Shown: piece by piece, positions 1 through 10,147 of the stretch | How positions within the stretch are numbered: position 1 is the stretch's first letter | How the letters are laid out: every line of letters starts with the position of its first letter | Origin: a virus | DNA length: 64,000 bases | IMG/VR virus record: IMGVR_UViG_3300032282_005033 | Location: 1-64,000 of that record | Direction: 5' to 3' (one strand) | Notes under the pieces: generated by a model | The model's input: only the letters and a program-made list of their open reading frames with translations | What the model was told of the DNA's origin: nothing | The model's database searches: none | Translations under genes and position numbers: made by a program

Positions 1-197
1 AATGCATGACGGAATGGAGACATATGATTTTCTCTAGCTAAAAAATCAATTAATTTTCCATCTTTAATAGACCATTCATCTGATTCTTTAGAAAAAGATG
101 CTCTTGCTGCATTAACAACAGATAGGTCAGACCCCATTGAATCAACTAGTCTGACATATCCGTTGTCTAAAACCTCTATTGTTTTTTCTATATTCAT
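1..197 (-). CDS. thyX: Flavin-dependent thymidylate synthase ThyX, 5' part (runs off window start)
   Basis: Not in the ORF track. My translation from ATG 197 is MNIEKTIEVLDNGYVRLVDSMGSDLSVVNAARASFSKESDEWSIKDGKLIDFLARENHMSPFRHA, which has the typical ThyX N-terminal V.LVD.MGSD..VVNAAR.S...H.SPF motifs. Confidence 0.92.
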   Translation of the reverse strand, partial: MNIEKTIEVLDNGYVRLVDSMGSDLSVVNAARASFSKESDEWSIKDGKLIDFLARENHMSPFRHA

Positions 198-203
198 AGA
201 CAC

Positions 204-212
204 ATTATATCA
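204..212 (-). promoter_or_regulatory. Extended -10 promoter (TGATATAAT), probably a leaderless thyX transcript
   Basis: The minus strand reads TGATATAAT-GTGTCT-ATG. The ATG is 6 nt after the -10 box and no Shine-Dalgarno is evident. Confidence 0.6.
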
Positions 213-221
213 TTTAGAGTG

Positions 222-2318
222 CTATTTTGCATTATCCTTAATGAACTTAATCTCACACGCATCAGTCGTACAATAGCGCTCACCTATGGCATCTGCTGCC
301 ATTCCAGCATAGACGCCAGTAAGGTCTATTGGAAATAGATTAAGTCCAGCTTGTTTATATTCTTCTTCAGTTATTTGTGTATATGGCATCTGGGGATAGG
401 TGTCATTACCGCTAGGGAGAAACGACACAGTCTTTAATTGTCCATCATACATATGCAATACTGTACCAACATGCTGCGCTTCTGTGTCCTTATCAAAAGA
501 TACAGTAACCGAAACAGAATTATCTGACCAATAACGCTGGGCTGTTGCGGCTAATGACATCTTTTCAAAAATTGTCACATCACGCTCAGCTCTTGCTGCG
601 TCTGATTTAATTGGAAAATAAACTACAGAAGTTGTAGTGGGGGATTCAGAAGCTGGTTCTACCCTATAGTTTGCCATTCTAAATAAAGGCAACATCGGAT
701 CGTCGTTAGAAAATCTGATTGTTCTATTAAAAAACTTTCCGCCTGGTGTCCAGTGTACTCCTGGTGATTCACCAGCAAGAATTGAAACGGTTCCAGATGG
801 TTTGATTGTAGTCATTTTAATCGACTCACGTATACCCATCCATTCGGAATAAACATTATCGTAACGTTGTACGGTCTTATAGCCCTGGTCCATCCACTCA
901 CGTAAAGCTGGTACTCCAACACGATCAGCGAAATTTGCTACACCAGACATTGACGCACCAATTCGACGATTGCGTTGCATAATTGCATTTGTTTCTTCCC
1001 AGTGTGTTGGTAATAGCGTAACAGTCTTTGCATATAGGTACGCAAATTTTAAGGTGCGCTTATAATCTTCTAGATTATCGTGGCGATTTAAGTAGGTTTC
1101 TACAAGAGTGCAACACTCGTATGACTCAAGTGATTGCTCTGCGCACGGGTTGTATCCAGCTACTCTCCAATCTTTGTTATTGGGACCGTCAGCTAGTCTT
1201 CCATATTTTCTTGACATGTCCATCCAGATAACTCCAGGTTCTCCATTTAGTGATATGCCCTCAACAATAGAAGAAAGATCAGCTCCTACCACTGTTTCTA
1301 CAGAGTTATTAGACATCCAACCCCAACCAGGAGCTGATGAATCATATGAATTGCGTTCTGGAAAACGTTCTGAGTTTTTTAAGTTTAAGAAATCTTGGTC
1401 ATCTAATCTTCCAATCAAAAGTTCTGCCGAACGACGAACGTTTCCCGATACAACACAAACACCGATAACGTTGCCAATGTCGGCAATGTCGATACGGGTA
1501 AGTTTATCGCCTTTTCTACCACTAAACATTTTGCGAATATGATTATGCAATTTTTCAAGAGGTTCATGACCCGCTGCAATACCACCAAAAGTTTTAATTG
1601 GTGTACCATTTGGACGTATTAAAGAATAGTCAAAATCATAACTAGGTTGATTTTCTTTTAGATATGAATTTAAAAGAAAAGACATGGACTCAACCCAACC
1701 CTCTCTTGTATCGGGTATCACGTAAGTTGTTGACTCTTTGGGTTCGTAAATAATAAAATCTTTATCTGCACCTTTATCATCAAACCCCACACCGACACCG
1801 AGCATTGAGGCTTCCATGAGAAATGCAAACGGTTTAGCTGGGTTAAATTTATTCATTTCTCCAGTTGAAACAAAAGCACAGTTTTGAAGTGCTGCTGAGT
1901 TTTTTTGTACGTTCACAATATTGGTTCCCATTGCCCAAAGCCCACGTCCTGGCGGTGTCCATTTGAGATTAAATAGTCTATCAAACGCCTCTTTAGCTGA
2001 AGCCTGTGCTTTAGCATCATTCCAAGGAAGTCTATTCTTTTTGCAATGATCTTTTTGTAATGAGTACATTCCATTGATCACACGTTCACATACATCGGAC
2101 CAAGTTTCTTTTGTCCCATCTTCTTTGAGTCTTGAGTATGTTCTTAAAAATGTAATTTCTCCAACAGAATTTCCACCAGCATCTCTGTATCCAAACGGAG
2201 CATACTTGTCCTTATAGGATGCAATAAAATCGTCAGTAAGCCTAAAGCTAAACATTGAGTTTACTTTAGCTGCCATCGGCACGAGGTCTGGATTTCCGTT
2301 TTCTATTTCTTCTGACAT
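222..2318 (-). CDS. nrdJ: Class II (adenosylcobalamin-dependent) ribonucleotide reductase
   Basis: 698 aa with FLRTYSR, PPGRGLW, NCAF, GNVRRSA, NPCAEQ.L, TTIKPSGTVS and a C-terminal CTTDAC pair. AGGAG RBS upstream. Confidence 0.93.
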   Translation of the reverse strand: MSEEIENGNPDLVPMAAKVNSMFSFRLTDDFIASYKDKYAPFGYRDAGGNSVGEITFLRTYSRLKEDGTKETWSDVCERVINGMYSLQKDHCKKNRLPWNDAKAQASAKEAFDRLFNLKWTPPGRGLWAMGTNIVNVQKNSAALQNCAFVSTGEMNKFNPAKPFAFLMEASMLGVGVGFDDKGADKDFIIYEPKESTTYVIPDTREGWVESMSFLLNSYLKENQPSYDFDYSLIRPNGTPIKTFGGIAAGHEPLEKLHNHIRKMFSGRKGDKLTRIDIADIGNVIGVCVVSGNVRRSAELLIGRLDDQDFLNLKNSERFPERNSYDSSAPGWGWMSNNSVETVVGADLSSIVEGISLNGEPGVIWMDMSRKYGRLADGPNNKDWRVAGYNPCAEQSLESYECCTLVETYLNRHDNLEDYKRTLKFAYLYAKTVTLLPTHWEETNAIMQRNRRIGASMSGVANFADRVGVPALREWMDQGYKTVQRYDNVYSEWMGIRESIKMTTIKPSGTVSILAGESPGVHWTPGGKFFNRTIRFSNDDPMLPLFRMANYRVEPASESPTTTSVVYFPIKSDAARAERDVTIFEKMSLAATAQRYWSDNSVSVTVSFDKDTEAQHVGTVLHMYDGQLKTVSFLPSGNDTYPQMPYTQITEEEYKQAGLNLFPIDLTGVYAGMAADAIGERYCTTDACEIKFIKDNAK

Positions 2319-2327
2319 TTTATTCTC

Positions 2328-3020
2328 CTATTTAATACTTTTGATATAATTTGAATTTGTTTTAAACATTTCTGCTTTTTTTATTTTTATAATTTGTTCT
2401 GTTGAATAGACCTTATGGATTTCTTTTTCTATAAAATATCCACTTCTCCAATTAAGAACTTTTTCTACATTCAGTCCATAGTTAGTAAAGACATTACAGA
2501 TAACTGCACCACCGTATATCTTGATTAAATTTTTCATTTTTTGAACAGCTTCTTCTTTTTTATCTTGACTAGGAAAATGTTCTTTATCTAATTTTTCGTA
2601 AAGCCAATTATAGGCCTGTCTAGTTAGTGGTGGTATATCTATGTGGTCAAACACTCCTTCTTGAAGAATTAAGAGTCTATTTTTTTCTATCTGCATGTCA
2701 GTTTTTATAATATCCTTAAACAAAGCAAACCAATCTCTTTCGTTAAATTGTGGCCATCCACTGACCCAAAATAATAGAACGTGGTTTTCTTCTGGTATCG
2801 CAGATTTATTTATTAATGGCGATAAACATGCACAAGCTATAGATTTTTTTATAAATTCTTTTGCCTTTTCTTCACCCTGTTTCTTTTTTTGTACTGTCCA
2901 AAGCTGAGATATTTTTTCTGCCCACTGTGCTTCGCCTAAATATATAGTTAAATATTTTTCGGCAAGAGCAGTTGATAATATATTTTCATTTACCAATTGC
3001 TCTAATAGTTGTATAGACAT
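2328..3020 (-). CDS. Hypothetical protein (230 aa)
   Basis: ORF with AGGGG RBS, co-oriented upstream of nrdJ. No recognisable motif. Confidence 0.7.
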   Translation of the reverse strand: MSIQLLEQLVNENILSTALAEKYLTIYLGEAQWAEKISQLWTVQKKKQGEEKAKEFIKKSIACACLSPLINKSAIPEENHVLLFWVSGWPQFNERDWFALFKDIIKTDMQIEKNRLLILQEGVFDHIDIPPLTRQAYNWLYEKLDKEHFPSQDKKEEAVQKMKNLIKIYGGAVICNVFTNYGLNVEKVLNWRSGYFIEKEIHKVYSTEQIIKIKKAEMFKTNSNYIKSIK

Positions 3021-3069
3021 ATCAAATCCCCTGTGCCTCTATCAAAACTTATAAACGACCCATTAATAA

Positions 3070-3096
3070 TCAAAATCCCGCTCCGATGGAGCGGGA
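3070..3096 (-). terminator. Intrinsic terminator-like hairpin at the end of the structural region
   Basis: The minus strand reads TCCCGCTCC-ATC-GGAGCGGGA-TTTTGA: a 9-bp GC-rich stem followed by a short T tract. Confidence 0.7.
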
Positions 3097-3110
3097 ATCT
3101 GACATCAACA

Positions 3111-3130
3111 TCCTGCTAATTATAGCAGGA
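3111..3130 (-). promoter_or_regulatory. Extended -10 promoter (TGCTATAAT) embedded in an 8-bp inverted repeat
   Basis: TCCTGCTA-ATTA-TAGCAGGA inverted repeat. TGCTATAAT lies on the minus strand at 3119-3127. Confidence 0.55.
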
Positions 3131-3150
3131 AAATATTTTTTTTGCTTAGA

Positions 3151-3753
3151 CTAAAGAACTTGTGCAGAAGGAACACCTACCCACAGTTTTGGATTAGCTC
3201 TACCATAAATTGTAGTTTGATTTGGTTGGCCATAATTTGTGGGGAAGATCGTTGCACTATCTACACCGTGAACGTCAAATGGTCTAAAGTAACCAAACGA
3301 GTATGGGGCACCTTGTGCTTCGGTTCTTGGTGCGTGGCCAAAGGTTGCGGGAATTGCTTCTGCTGAAGTAACACCGTCGAATATATAGTTACTGTATCCA
3401 CCATAGTAAAGACTTCTTTTAGCATGACCGCCATCAAGAGCTTTAGTGCCAGTAAGACCCTTGTACTGGTAAGGGGCAAAACGAAGACCTATACCATTAA
3501 GAAATGTTCCCTTAAGTGGAGTAGTGCCGTCATAAAGAGTAGTGCCATTAAATAACTGTGATAGGAATCTATTGCCGGGACGTGCTCCGGTACCAGGAAT
3601 ATTATTATTATCTGGGAAGCCATCTAATACATGACTTGTTGCGAATAGTGGGTAATACGAATAGGTTCCTGCTGTGCCCTTATATGGGTTAACCATATCA
3701 TTGGTATTCAACCCCTTAAGAACTGGTCTTGGACCAACATAATAAGTAGCCAT
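3151..3753 (-). CDS. Putative virion structural protein (200 aa, Gly/Tyr/Thr/Pro-rich)
   Basis: AAGGAG RBS, preceded by its own TTACTATA motif, last gene of the structural block. Confidence 0.55.
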   Translation of the reverse strand: MATYYVGPRPVLKGLNTNDMVNPYKGTAGTYSYYPLFATSHVLDGFPDNNNIPGTGARPGNRFLSQLFNGTTLYDGTTPLKGTFLNGIGLRFAPYQYKGLTGTKALDGGHAKRSLYYGGYSNYIFDGVTSAEAIPATFGHAPRTEAQGAPYSFGYFRPFDVHGVDSATIFPTNYGQPNQTTIYGRANPKLWVGVPSAQVL

Positions 3754-3785
3754 TTAATAGTCTCCTTGAATAAGCTTGTGTTATA

Positions 3786-3793
3786 TATAGTAA
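3786..3793 (-). promoter_or_regulatory. Candidate late-promoter motif TTACTATA
   Basis: The same octamer occurs in the intergenic gaps at 58124-58131 and 62118-62125, with a variant CTACTATT at 61791-61798. Confidence 0.5.
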
Positions 3794-3819
3794 AAAGGTT
3801 TACCCTTTTTCACCATAAC

Positions 3820-5076
3820 TTAAAGATTATAATCTGCCTCAACTATAAGGTCAGAAAGAACAGGAGGAACCATATCCTCCAACATATTTAAAGTAACCTC
3901 TATATAGACGTGGTCTGAGTTATAGTCATTTGTTAGGGTGTATTCTGAACCATTAGGGTAAAAGATCCTATAAGAAAATACGCTCGATAGCAGAGACTGG
4001 GAAACATTGTATATCTTTGGCGATACATTTAATAATTGTTTTATTGTTTTTCCCGTTGGTGCATTAAATTTAACAAAAATTTTTCCAGTCGGTAAGAATT
4101 TTTCGTATCTTATATCAAGGTCAGATAATCCATACGTATATATATAAGCGTTGTTTTCCTTAATATAGTTTCTTTGTCTTAAAAGAACTCTTACGGCAGT
4201 TATATTTTTGTCTGCACAATAAAATCTAACAGGACCAGAATTTACTATTGTGTCTGACCCAAGAGTAGACCATCCACCTGGAGCCACTCTACCTATCGCA
4301 TCATATTCTCCATCATAATATCCTGGATTAAAGCTTCGATATATATCCTTGTCTGTAAGAGACGGAGACGCAACTGTAGTGTATTCAACTCTGACTACAT
4401 CCACGCCACTTGACGGGTATGGAGAAAGGCTTACCATATTCGTAAGCGAATTGCCTATTGATGCGTTAGGTATTTTAACATAAAGATACATACTTACACC
4501 AAGTGGGTTTGGTTCATTGAGTATTACGTTTCTTCTCCAAACCTTATCAGATTGATTTAAAAAAGCATTTTGAACTGGAGTAGTATCTATCATTGCGCCA
4601 TTTCCGTCACCACCAGAAAGATTTGTGTCTACTCTTGTTTCCAAAAAGTCGGGTATGATTTGACCTTTTGTTGTATTTACAAACTTTATTTTAGAATGAG
4701 ATGAACCAGATACTGTTGGAAGAGTTAGGCTATTATAATAATCATTAAATTCTAAAAGATTATCTGCAGATGCAAAATATGTTGATGATATAGAAGAAGT
4801 AACCTGAGCTTTTGAATGTATTGAAAGTTGATTTGTATTAATACTTTCAATATTTCTTACCCTATCCTGAAGGTCAGATAGAGCTGAGGATAAAAACATG
4901 TTTTCTTTAACAACTCTTTCTATAATCTCTGCTATTTTTTTATCAAGAACACCATACTTGTTGTATAGATAAACAAGATCTGCGTAGTTTTGTTCAATTC
5001 TTTCATTAAAATCAGTGCTGGAAAGAGGGCCATGGTATTGAACTGGCTTTTTTTCCGTATACATGTAATCTGGCAT
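3820..5076 (-). CDS. Baseplate/tail structural protein (418 aa)
   Basis: N-terminal coiled-coil-like segment followed by a beta-rich body, AGGAG RBS, in the baseplate gene cluster. Confidence 0.55.
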   Translation of the reverse strand: MPDYMYTEKKPVQYHGPLSSTDFNERIEQNYADLVYLYNKYGVLDKKIAEIIERVVKENMFLSSALSDLQDRVRNIESINTNQLSIHSKAQVTSSISSTYFASADNLLEFNDYYNSLTLPTVSGSSHSKIKFVNTTKGQIIPDFLETRVDTNLSGGDGNGAMIDTTPVQNAFLNQSDKVWRRNVILNEPNPLGVSMYLYVKIPNASIGNSLTNMVSLSPYPSSGVDVVRVEYTTVASPSLTDKDIYRSFNPGYYDGEYDAIGRVAPGGWSTLGSDTIVNSGPVRFYCADKNITAVRVLLRQRNYIKENNAYIYTYGLSDLDIRYEKFLPTGKIFVKFNAPTGKTIKQLLNVSPKIYNVSQSLLSSVFSYRIFYPNGSEYTLTNDYNSDHVYIEVTLNMLEDMVPPVLSDLIVEADYNL

Positions 5077-5084
5077 TTTGTCTC

Positions 5085-5519
5085 CTAGTTGCCCTTCATT
5101 CCATCTTCTATGATATCTAGCTTTTTATTTAAAAAAGATATTATAGAGGAGTTTAATTGGGGTTTATTAAACATTAAACTATCATTATAATATGGTGTAG
5201 CGTCAGTAACAACGTATTCTTGAGCCAAACTGTCAAAACTAATCTGCTGGCTATATAACGTCATTAATAAATCTTCATTTAAATAGTAATCTGGCGTAGC
5301 CAGATTTAGATCATTTTTAGACAAAGCCCCAATATCTTGTATTTTAGAATCAAGATCGTCCGCTTTCTGGTTAAGTCTTTTAAAATCTACAAAAATTTGA
5401 TCATTAAAAAGGTTTATTACACCAGAGGGGATTGGGCCCTTATAAACAAGCCTTTGTCTAGATAAAAGAGGTTCAAATATATTTTCTCTTTTGTTATTTT
5501 CTGAGTATGAAATTGCCAT
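5085..5519 (-). CDS. Structural protein (144 aa)
   Basis: Tightly packed in the operon. Its N-terminal YKGP..S segment resembles YHGP.SS in the 418-aa neighbour. Confidence 0.5.
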   Translation of the reverse strand: MAISYSENNKRENIFEPLLSRQRLVYKGPIPSGVINLFNDQIFVDFKRLNQKADDLDSKIQDIGALSKNDLNLATPDYYLNEDLLMTLYSQQISFDSLAQEYVVTDATPYYNDSLMFNKPQLNSSIISFLNKKLDIIEDGMKGN

Positions 5520-5526
5520 AAAAATC

Positions 5527-7731
5527 CTAATGCTTAAACTTTAATGTATAAGATACTATTGCCGGAGCAGAGTATGAATCATTTCCCCTAAACATGTCTG
5601 CCCTAACTCTAACGGAATTGGGGCTAAGTGCGTTGTTGGTATAATAGTATACCCTAGTCCCTGGAGAAATTTCTTTTGTTCTTCTATAAACAATTTCTTT
5701 ATTATTTTCCCAATTTATTATAGAGAAAACATTATCATTATTCGAATGTATATTTCTTAAATCTTCTACTTTAACATAGGATAAATAATTTTCATATAAT
5801 CTTGAATTTGGAATATTTTTTAAAGAAATTCCTTCCATCAAAGATATAGAACCATTAAATGATGTGCCTACTCCAGAAGTATCATTTGTAGATTTATTGA
5901 TTATCACAATAATACTATTCTGCCCTTTTTGAAAATTCCAAGTTAAAGAAGAAGACAAGACTCCAGGACTTAATGTGCCTGGTGCTGAAAGCTCAACTCC
6001 ATTTAAATAAACCTTTACATCCCAATATTGAGCAGAAAGTGATTTCAAAAAGTTTTTAGTTATCGTAAATGATTCCTGTAAGTAAATATTTGTTTTTAAA
6101 TATATACTGCCATAAGGAATATTTTGTGCTTGATAAAATTCTTGAGAAGAACCAATGGTATTTTTAATCGTTGTTGGGACAATGTCTGTTCTTGTGCCTG
6201 ATATAACCTGCTGCCAAGTAGCCCTATCTAACGATGAACCTGAAACTATATACGAGATAAGTTGATTACTATCAACATTCTCTAACATATATGCTTCATA
6301 TGGATCTATATTTTTTTCAAATTTTGCAAGTCTATACAAATTAAAGTTTAATTGCGCTGAATCATTTGCGTAAAAGTAGTTTTTTATTGGATTACCAAAC
6401 TGCATGGTTTTAGGTATTTGAACCATAGTTGTTTTTGTAGATTCAATCTTATCAAGATAATTCACTATATTAGCTTCTACCAGAGAAGTAGATTTAAAAT
6501 CAATAACACTCTTATTCTTAGGGTCTTTTGCTGATGAGGGGGATATTGCAACCCAGTTAAAACTATTGATATCCGTAGATGCTCCATCATCTGCAGCGAT
6601 ATAATAGTTAATTGAAGTGCCAGAAGGAACTTGGTCATCGGCATCGAAAGATATTGAATCGATAACCAAATTTGGATTTTGCTCTACTGGAAGGGTTATT
6701 GGTTGGCTCACGAATGTTGCGGAAGCATCGTAATATGGCGCTGTAATTATTAATTCTTCTATTCTAAAATCGTAGTAATACAGAAGTGCTCCGTTTGTAG
6801 AGTCTGTATAATCTGGTTCCACTTTTGTTAGATAAATTTCTACTGAAGAAGCTGTTTTTGTGGAAAAGTTAAAAGAAAAGTTATCATAATCTGTTGAACT
6901 ATCCTTGTTAAATGACAATGACTTTGTTCTATCTTGTGGGTCTATAACAACGACAGTAGCTTCAACTGGTTTTTTTGAATTTATTTTTCCTTCGACTAAT
7001 GAAATTCCATTTACAGAACCACCTATAGATGGAATGGGAATTGTAATTTTTAATGTACATACGCCAATAGATGGTGATCCATATTTGTATGACCACTCAC
7101 TATTATTAAGGCCATTAAACACATTGGAAAAATCTACGTTTTGACTGGTTTTTTTAGTGACACTATCTACAAATAGTTCAACAGATGCATTTGAGGTTTT
7201 GGACAGGATGTTACCAACGTAATTAAATAAACCAGAATTTAATTTTGGTATTGTGAATTTTCTTGAAAGAGTGTCAACTACACCAGTTGTATTATTTAAG
7301 TCAGTTAATGACGTATCGTTAAATGCATTTGTATGACTAAAATAAAAGCCATCAGTATTATTTATAGAAAATAAATAATCATCTACTTTTTTTTCTAATT
7401 CTGCTCTTCTATTTTTTAGATTATCTATTCTAAATTTAAATGCAGAAATAAGAGAATAGAGATTCTCTATTTCATCAAAATATGAATCATAAATAACATC
7501 TATATTAAAAGCCGTATGTACTAATAATCTATTTAATTTTTCAAAATCAACCAATGCTGTTGATGACAAATCGTCGTAAGGAACTGGTATTGACAACCCC
7601 GGCTTATATCTAGAAAAATATCTTCCATAAATAGTTGATATCTCGTTTGTTGTTGGCTCTGATCCAAGAGAATAATATATTTTATATATTGTTTCTAGAA
7701 ATCTTTCTTTCTGTACATTTTCTATTGACAT
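5527..7731 (-). CDS. Baseplate/tail structural protein (734 aa)
   Basis: Helical N-terminus and beta-rich body. Shares an 'S.PI.....I.YYI..D.G...W..I.P' segment with the 801-aa neighbour. Confidence 0.55.
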   Translation of the reverse strand: MSIENVQKERFLETIYKIYYSLGSEPTTNEISTIYGRYFSRYKPGLSIPVPYDDLSSTALVDFEKLNRLLVHTAFNIDVIYDSYFDEIENLYSLISAFKFRIDNLKNRRAELEKKVDDYLFSINNTDGFYFSHTNAFNDTSLTDLNNTTGVVDTLSRKFTIPKLNSGLFNYVGNILSKTSNASVELFVDSVTKKTSQNVDFSNVFNGLNNSEWSYKYGSPSIGVCTLKITIPIPSIGGSVNGISLVEGKINSKKPVEATVVVIDPQDRTKSLSFNKDSSTDYDNFSFNFSTKTASSVEIYLTKVEPDYTDSTNGALLYYYDFRIEELIITAPYYDASATFVSQPITLPVEQNPNLVIDSISFDADDQVPSGTSINYYIAADDGASTDINSFNWVAISPSSAKDPKNKSVIDFKSTSLVEANIVNYLDKIESTKTTMVQIPKTMQFGNPIKNYFYANDSAQLNFNLYRLAKFEKNIDPYEAYMLENVDSNQLISYIVSGSSLDRATWQQVISGTRTDIVPTTIKNTIGSSQEFYQAQNIPYGSIYLKTNIYLQESFTITKNFLKSLSAQYWDVKVYLNGVELSAPGTLSPGVLSSSLTWNFQKGQNSIIVIINKSTNDTSGVGTSFNGSISLMEGISLKNIPNSRLYENYLSYVKVEDLRNIHSNNDNVFSIINWENNKEIVYRRTKEISPGTRVYYYTNNALSPNSVRVRADMFRGNDSYSAPAIVSYTLKFKH

Positions 7732-7733
7732 AA

Positions 7734-10139
7734 TTACCTGATCCTTGCCGCTAGTTTATAGTAGTAAACTATTGGGGTATTATTTAAAGAAGTATCTTTT
7801 TGCATTATTATTTTGACTATCACTGAAGTGATGGGATTTGGCACATCGGGGACATTGAAGTAAGCTATTTGAGGGATTGTACTGTCGCCCGTTAAGTTTT
7901 GATTAAAAGATAGAACCTCTGGTACTCCGGTAAAATTTCTTTGAATAGGCTGGATTTGTATCCACTTCACACCATTATCAACGCTGATATAATATCTTAT
8001 TGTAGACTGACCATTGTCAGTTTTTTCAGTAAAATCTGCGGCTTGTAGACTCAGCATTTCTAGTTGTCCATTAATTGCAAATGGCTTTGAAACGATCTCA
8101 GCTGCGTCCTTAAATGTTTCTTTACCGAATGATATATCCCTAATTCCTATACTAGCTCTTTTAGCTTTAAGATATTCAAAATTTCTTTTTAGATTTAAAA
8201 TAGTTTTAGTTGCTTGACTTATTGTATTTGTACTTGTTTCTATGGTTAAATTATTTTTTGTTGGAGTAGTTATAGCTTTTACACATAGGCCAAAATTACC
8301 AGATATATCTGTGGTTGGTATGTTTGTACCAACACTTGTTGAAACTTTAAATTGAGTAGTGCTGTCAACTGAAGTAACAGTAAAAGTTCCCCATATGTCA
8401 ACATTTTCCCAACGGTCTTTTATAAAGACTTTGTCTCCTTGAGAGAAGCCGTGGTTACCTATTGTTGTCACGGTTGCTACTTGTGACGTAACAGATATTG
8501 TATTCATTCTTATTTTAAGCGCACTCAGGGCATCTGCTTTATTTGCATTTACCAGAACACATCCTGCTGGATAATCTGGGTCTATCATTCTTAGCCTGTT
8601 TGCTCCAACAGTTGTGTCCGTGGTATACAAAGGTGCATCTGTTTTTGTACCAAAAAGATCTAATCCAGTATCTGGATCTTTTTTAATCCAATAATAAAAA
8701 TTTGTACCGTCTGTTAATTTAATTTGGTACTTATTACCAGAAGAAACTTGAGCATTGTAACTCACGGTAACTTGTCTAATATCAGAAGCTGATGACTTTA
8801 TTTCTGTTGGTTTATCAAGACTTGGAACAAGAGAATTTTTATCCCAAGTTACATTTTGTATTGAGGAACTAAATACTGCTTCTGGTTGAAATCTAGATTG
8901 ATTATTCCATTTTTCGGTTTTTCCGATTTCATAAGGAGTCCAATAAGCGTGTTTTATAACGGTGTCATTAAATTCTGGTTGCTCAAATGTTATATAAACT
9001 TTGTTTGTTCTTTTTTCTTCAAATCTAAATATGCCTTTGTTATAAAAAAATTCTTTATAATTATTTATATTTTTAGATGATATATCTGAACCTATATATA
9101 CTGGTCCATTATTAACTAATTCATATGTTTTGTTTAATGTTTCATCATATAGTTTTATTGAAGTAATTTTTACATTTTTAATTAATGCATTAGCTCCCGG
9201 TATATCATAGCCAAAAAATGGAACTATTGATATATAATTTAAATACTCACCTTTTTTTGATTGAGAAGAAAATTCTAAAGTAAGCCTTAAAGGATTTGAT
9301 GTGTCAAAATCACTCCAATTAATATATTTTCCATTACTTAAATATTGAAATTCATAATCTGGTTTTGAGTCTACATTTAAAACCTTTACTGCTTCGTATT
9401 CAAAGTAAGTAGCTGGAGTTCCATCCATTATTGCTACTTCGCTTGATCTTAAAATAGCAGAATCTTTTTCATATAAAAATTGATTTTTATCTGAATCATT
9501 TTGATAAATAAAATGGTTTCCTTTTAGCCCATTAGATGTATTAGCAAATGGTATTTCATTAACAACGCTATTATTATAATTTTGATTAACCACCCTAACA
9601 GAAGAACCCCATTTTTTAGTTGTTGTTTTTGCTAACGTTGCATATCCATCTTCTATATCTGGGACTAAACCTGGTCGTATAAGTGAGGCGTTGACATGCG
9701 ATAAGTCATTAAAAGAATCGCCTAAGTATGTTATATCAGTAGATGAACTACCAGAATACATTTCAAGTACTGTTATTTTTGATTTTATTCTTGTTAAGGA
9801 ATTTTTTTCTGCTTCTATTTGATTTGAAAAAATGTTGAATGCATTAACATGACCAGCGGTCATTGTATCCAGTTGGTTAGTTGCTATATTTAAATCTTTA
9901 CTTAAAGCAGATATCATCTTATTAAAAATATCTGCTGATGGGATATCACCTTTGTTGATCAATTTAATATCTGCGGTAAGGCCACCTATGTTATTGTTGA
10001 TGTCAAATAGCAAATCCTGATACGCTTTATCAAATTCCTGAGGTGACAAATTTTTATTTTTAACGTAGTCGTTAATAAAGCTTTGTACCTTTGAAACTAT
10101 TTGCGTGTAAACAAGAGTGTCTGTTGATAGTTGTGCCAT
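7734..10139 (-). CDS. Baseplate/tail structural protein (801 aa)
   Basis: Architecture resembles its neighbours. Contains the ATVTT..NHGFSQGDKVFI beta-barrel module common in phage tail proteins. Confidence 0.55.
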   Translation of the reverse strand: MAQLSTDTLVYTQIVSKVQSFINDYVKNKNLSPQEFDKAYQDLLFDINNNIGGLTADIKLINKGDIPSADIFNKMISALSKDLNIATNQLDTMTAGHVNAFNIFSNQIEAEKNSLTRIKSKITVLEMYSGSSSTDITYLGDSFNDLSHVNASLIRPGLVPDIEDGYATLAKTTTKKWGSSVRVVNQNYNNSVVNEIPFANTSNGLKGNHFIYQNDSDKNQFLYEKDSAILRSSEVAIMDGTPATYFEYEAVKVLNVDSKPDYEFQYLSNGKYINWSDFDTSNPLRLTLEFSSQSKKGEYLNYISIVPFFGYDIPGANALIKNVKITSIKLYDETLNKTYELVNNGPVYIGSDISSKNINNYKEFFYNKGIFRFEEKRTNKVYITFEQPEFNDTVIKHAYWTPYEIGKTEKWNNQSRFQPEAVFSSSIQNVTWDKNSLVPSLDKPTEIKSSASDIRQVTVSYNAQVSSGNKYQIKLTDGTNFYYWIKKDPDTGLDLFGTKTDAPLYTTDTTVGANRLRMIDPDYPAGCVLVNANKADALSALKIRMNTISVTSQVATVTTIGNHGFSQGDKVFIKDRWENVDIWGTFTVTSVDSTTQFKVSTSVGTNIPTTDISGNFGLCVKAITTPTKNNLTIETSTNTISQATKTILNLKRNFEYLKAKRASIGIRDISFGKETFKDAAEIVSKPFAINGQLEMLSLQAADFTEKTDNGQSTIRYYISVDNGVKWIQIQPIQRNFTGVPEVLSFNQNLTGDSTIPQIAYFNVPDVPNPITSVIVKIIMQKDTSLNNTPIVYYYKLAARIR

Positions 10140-10147
10140 ATATTACC

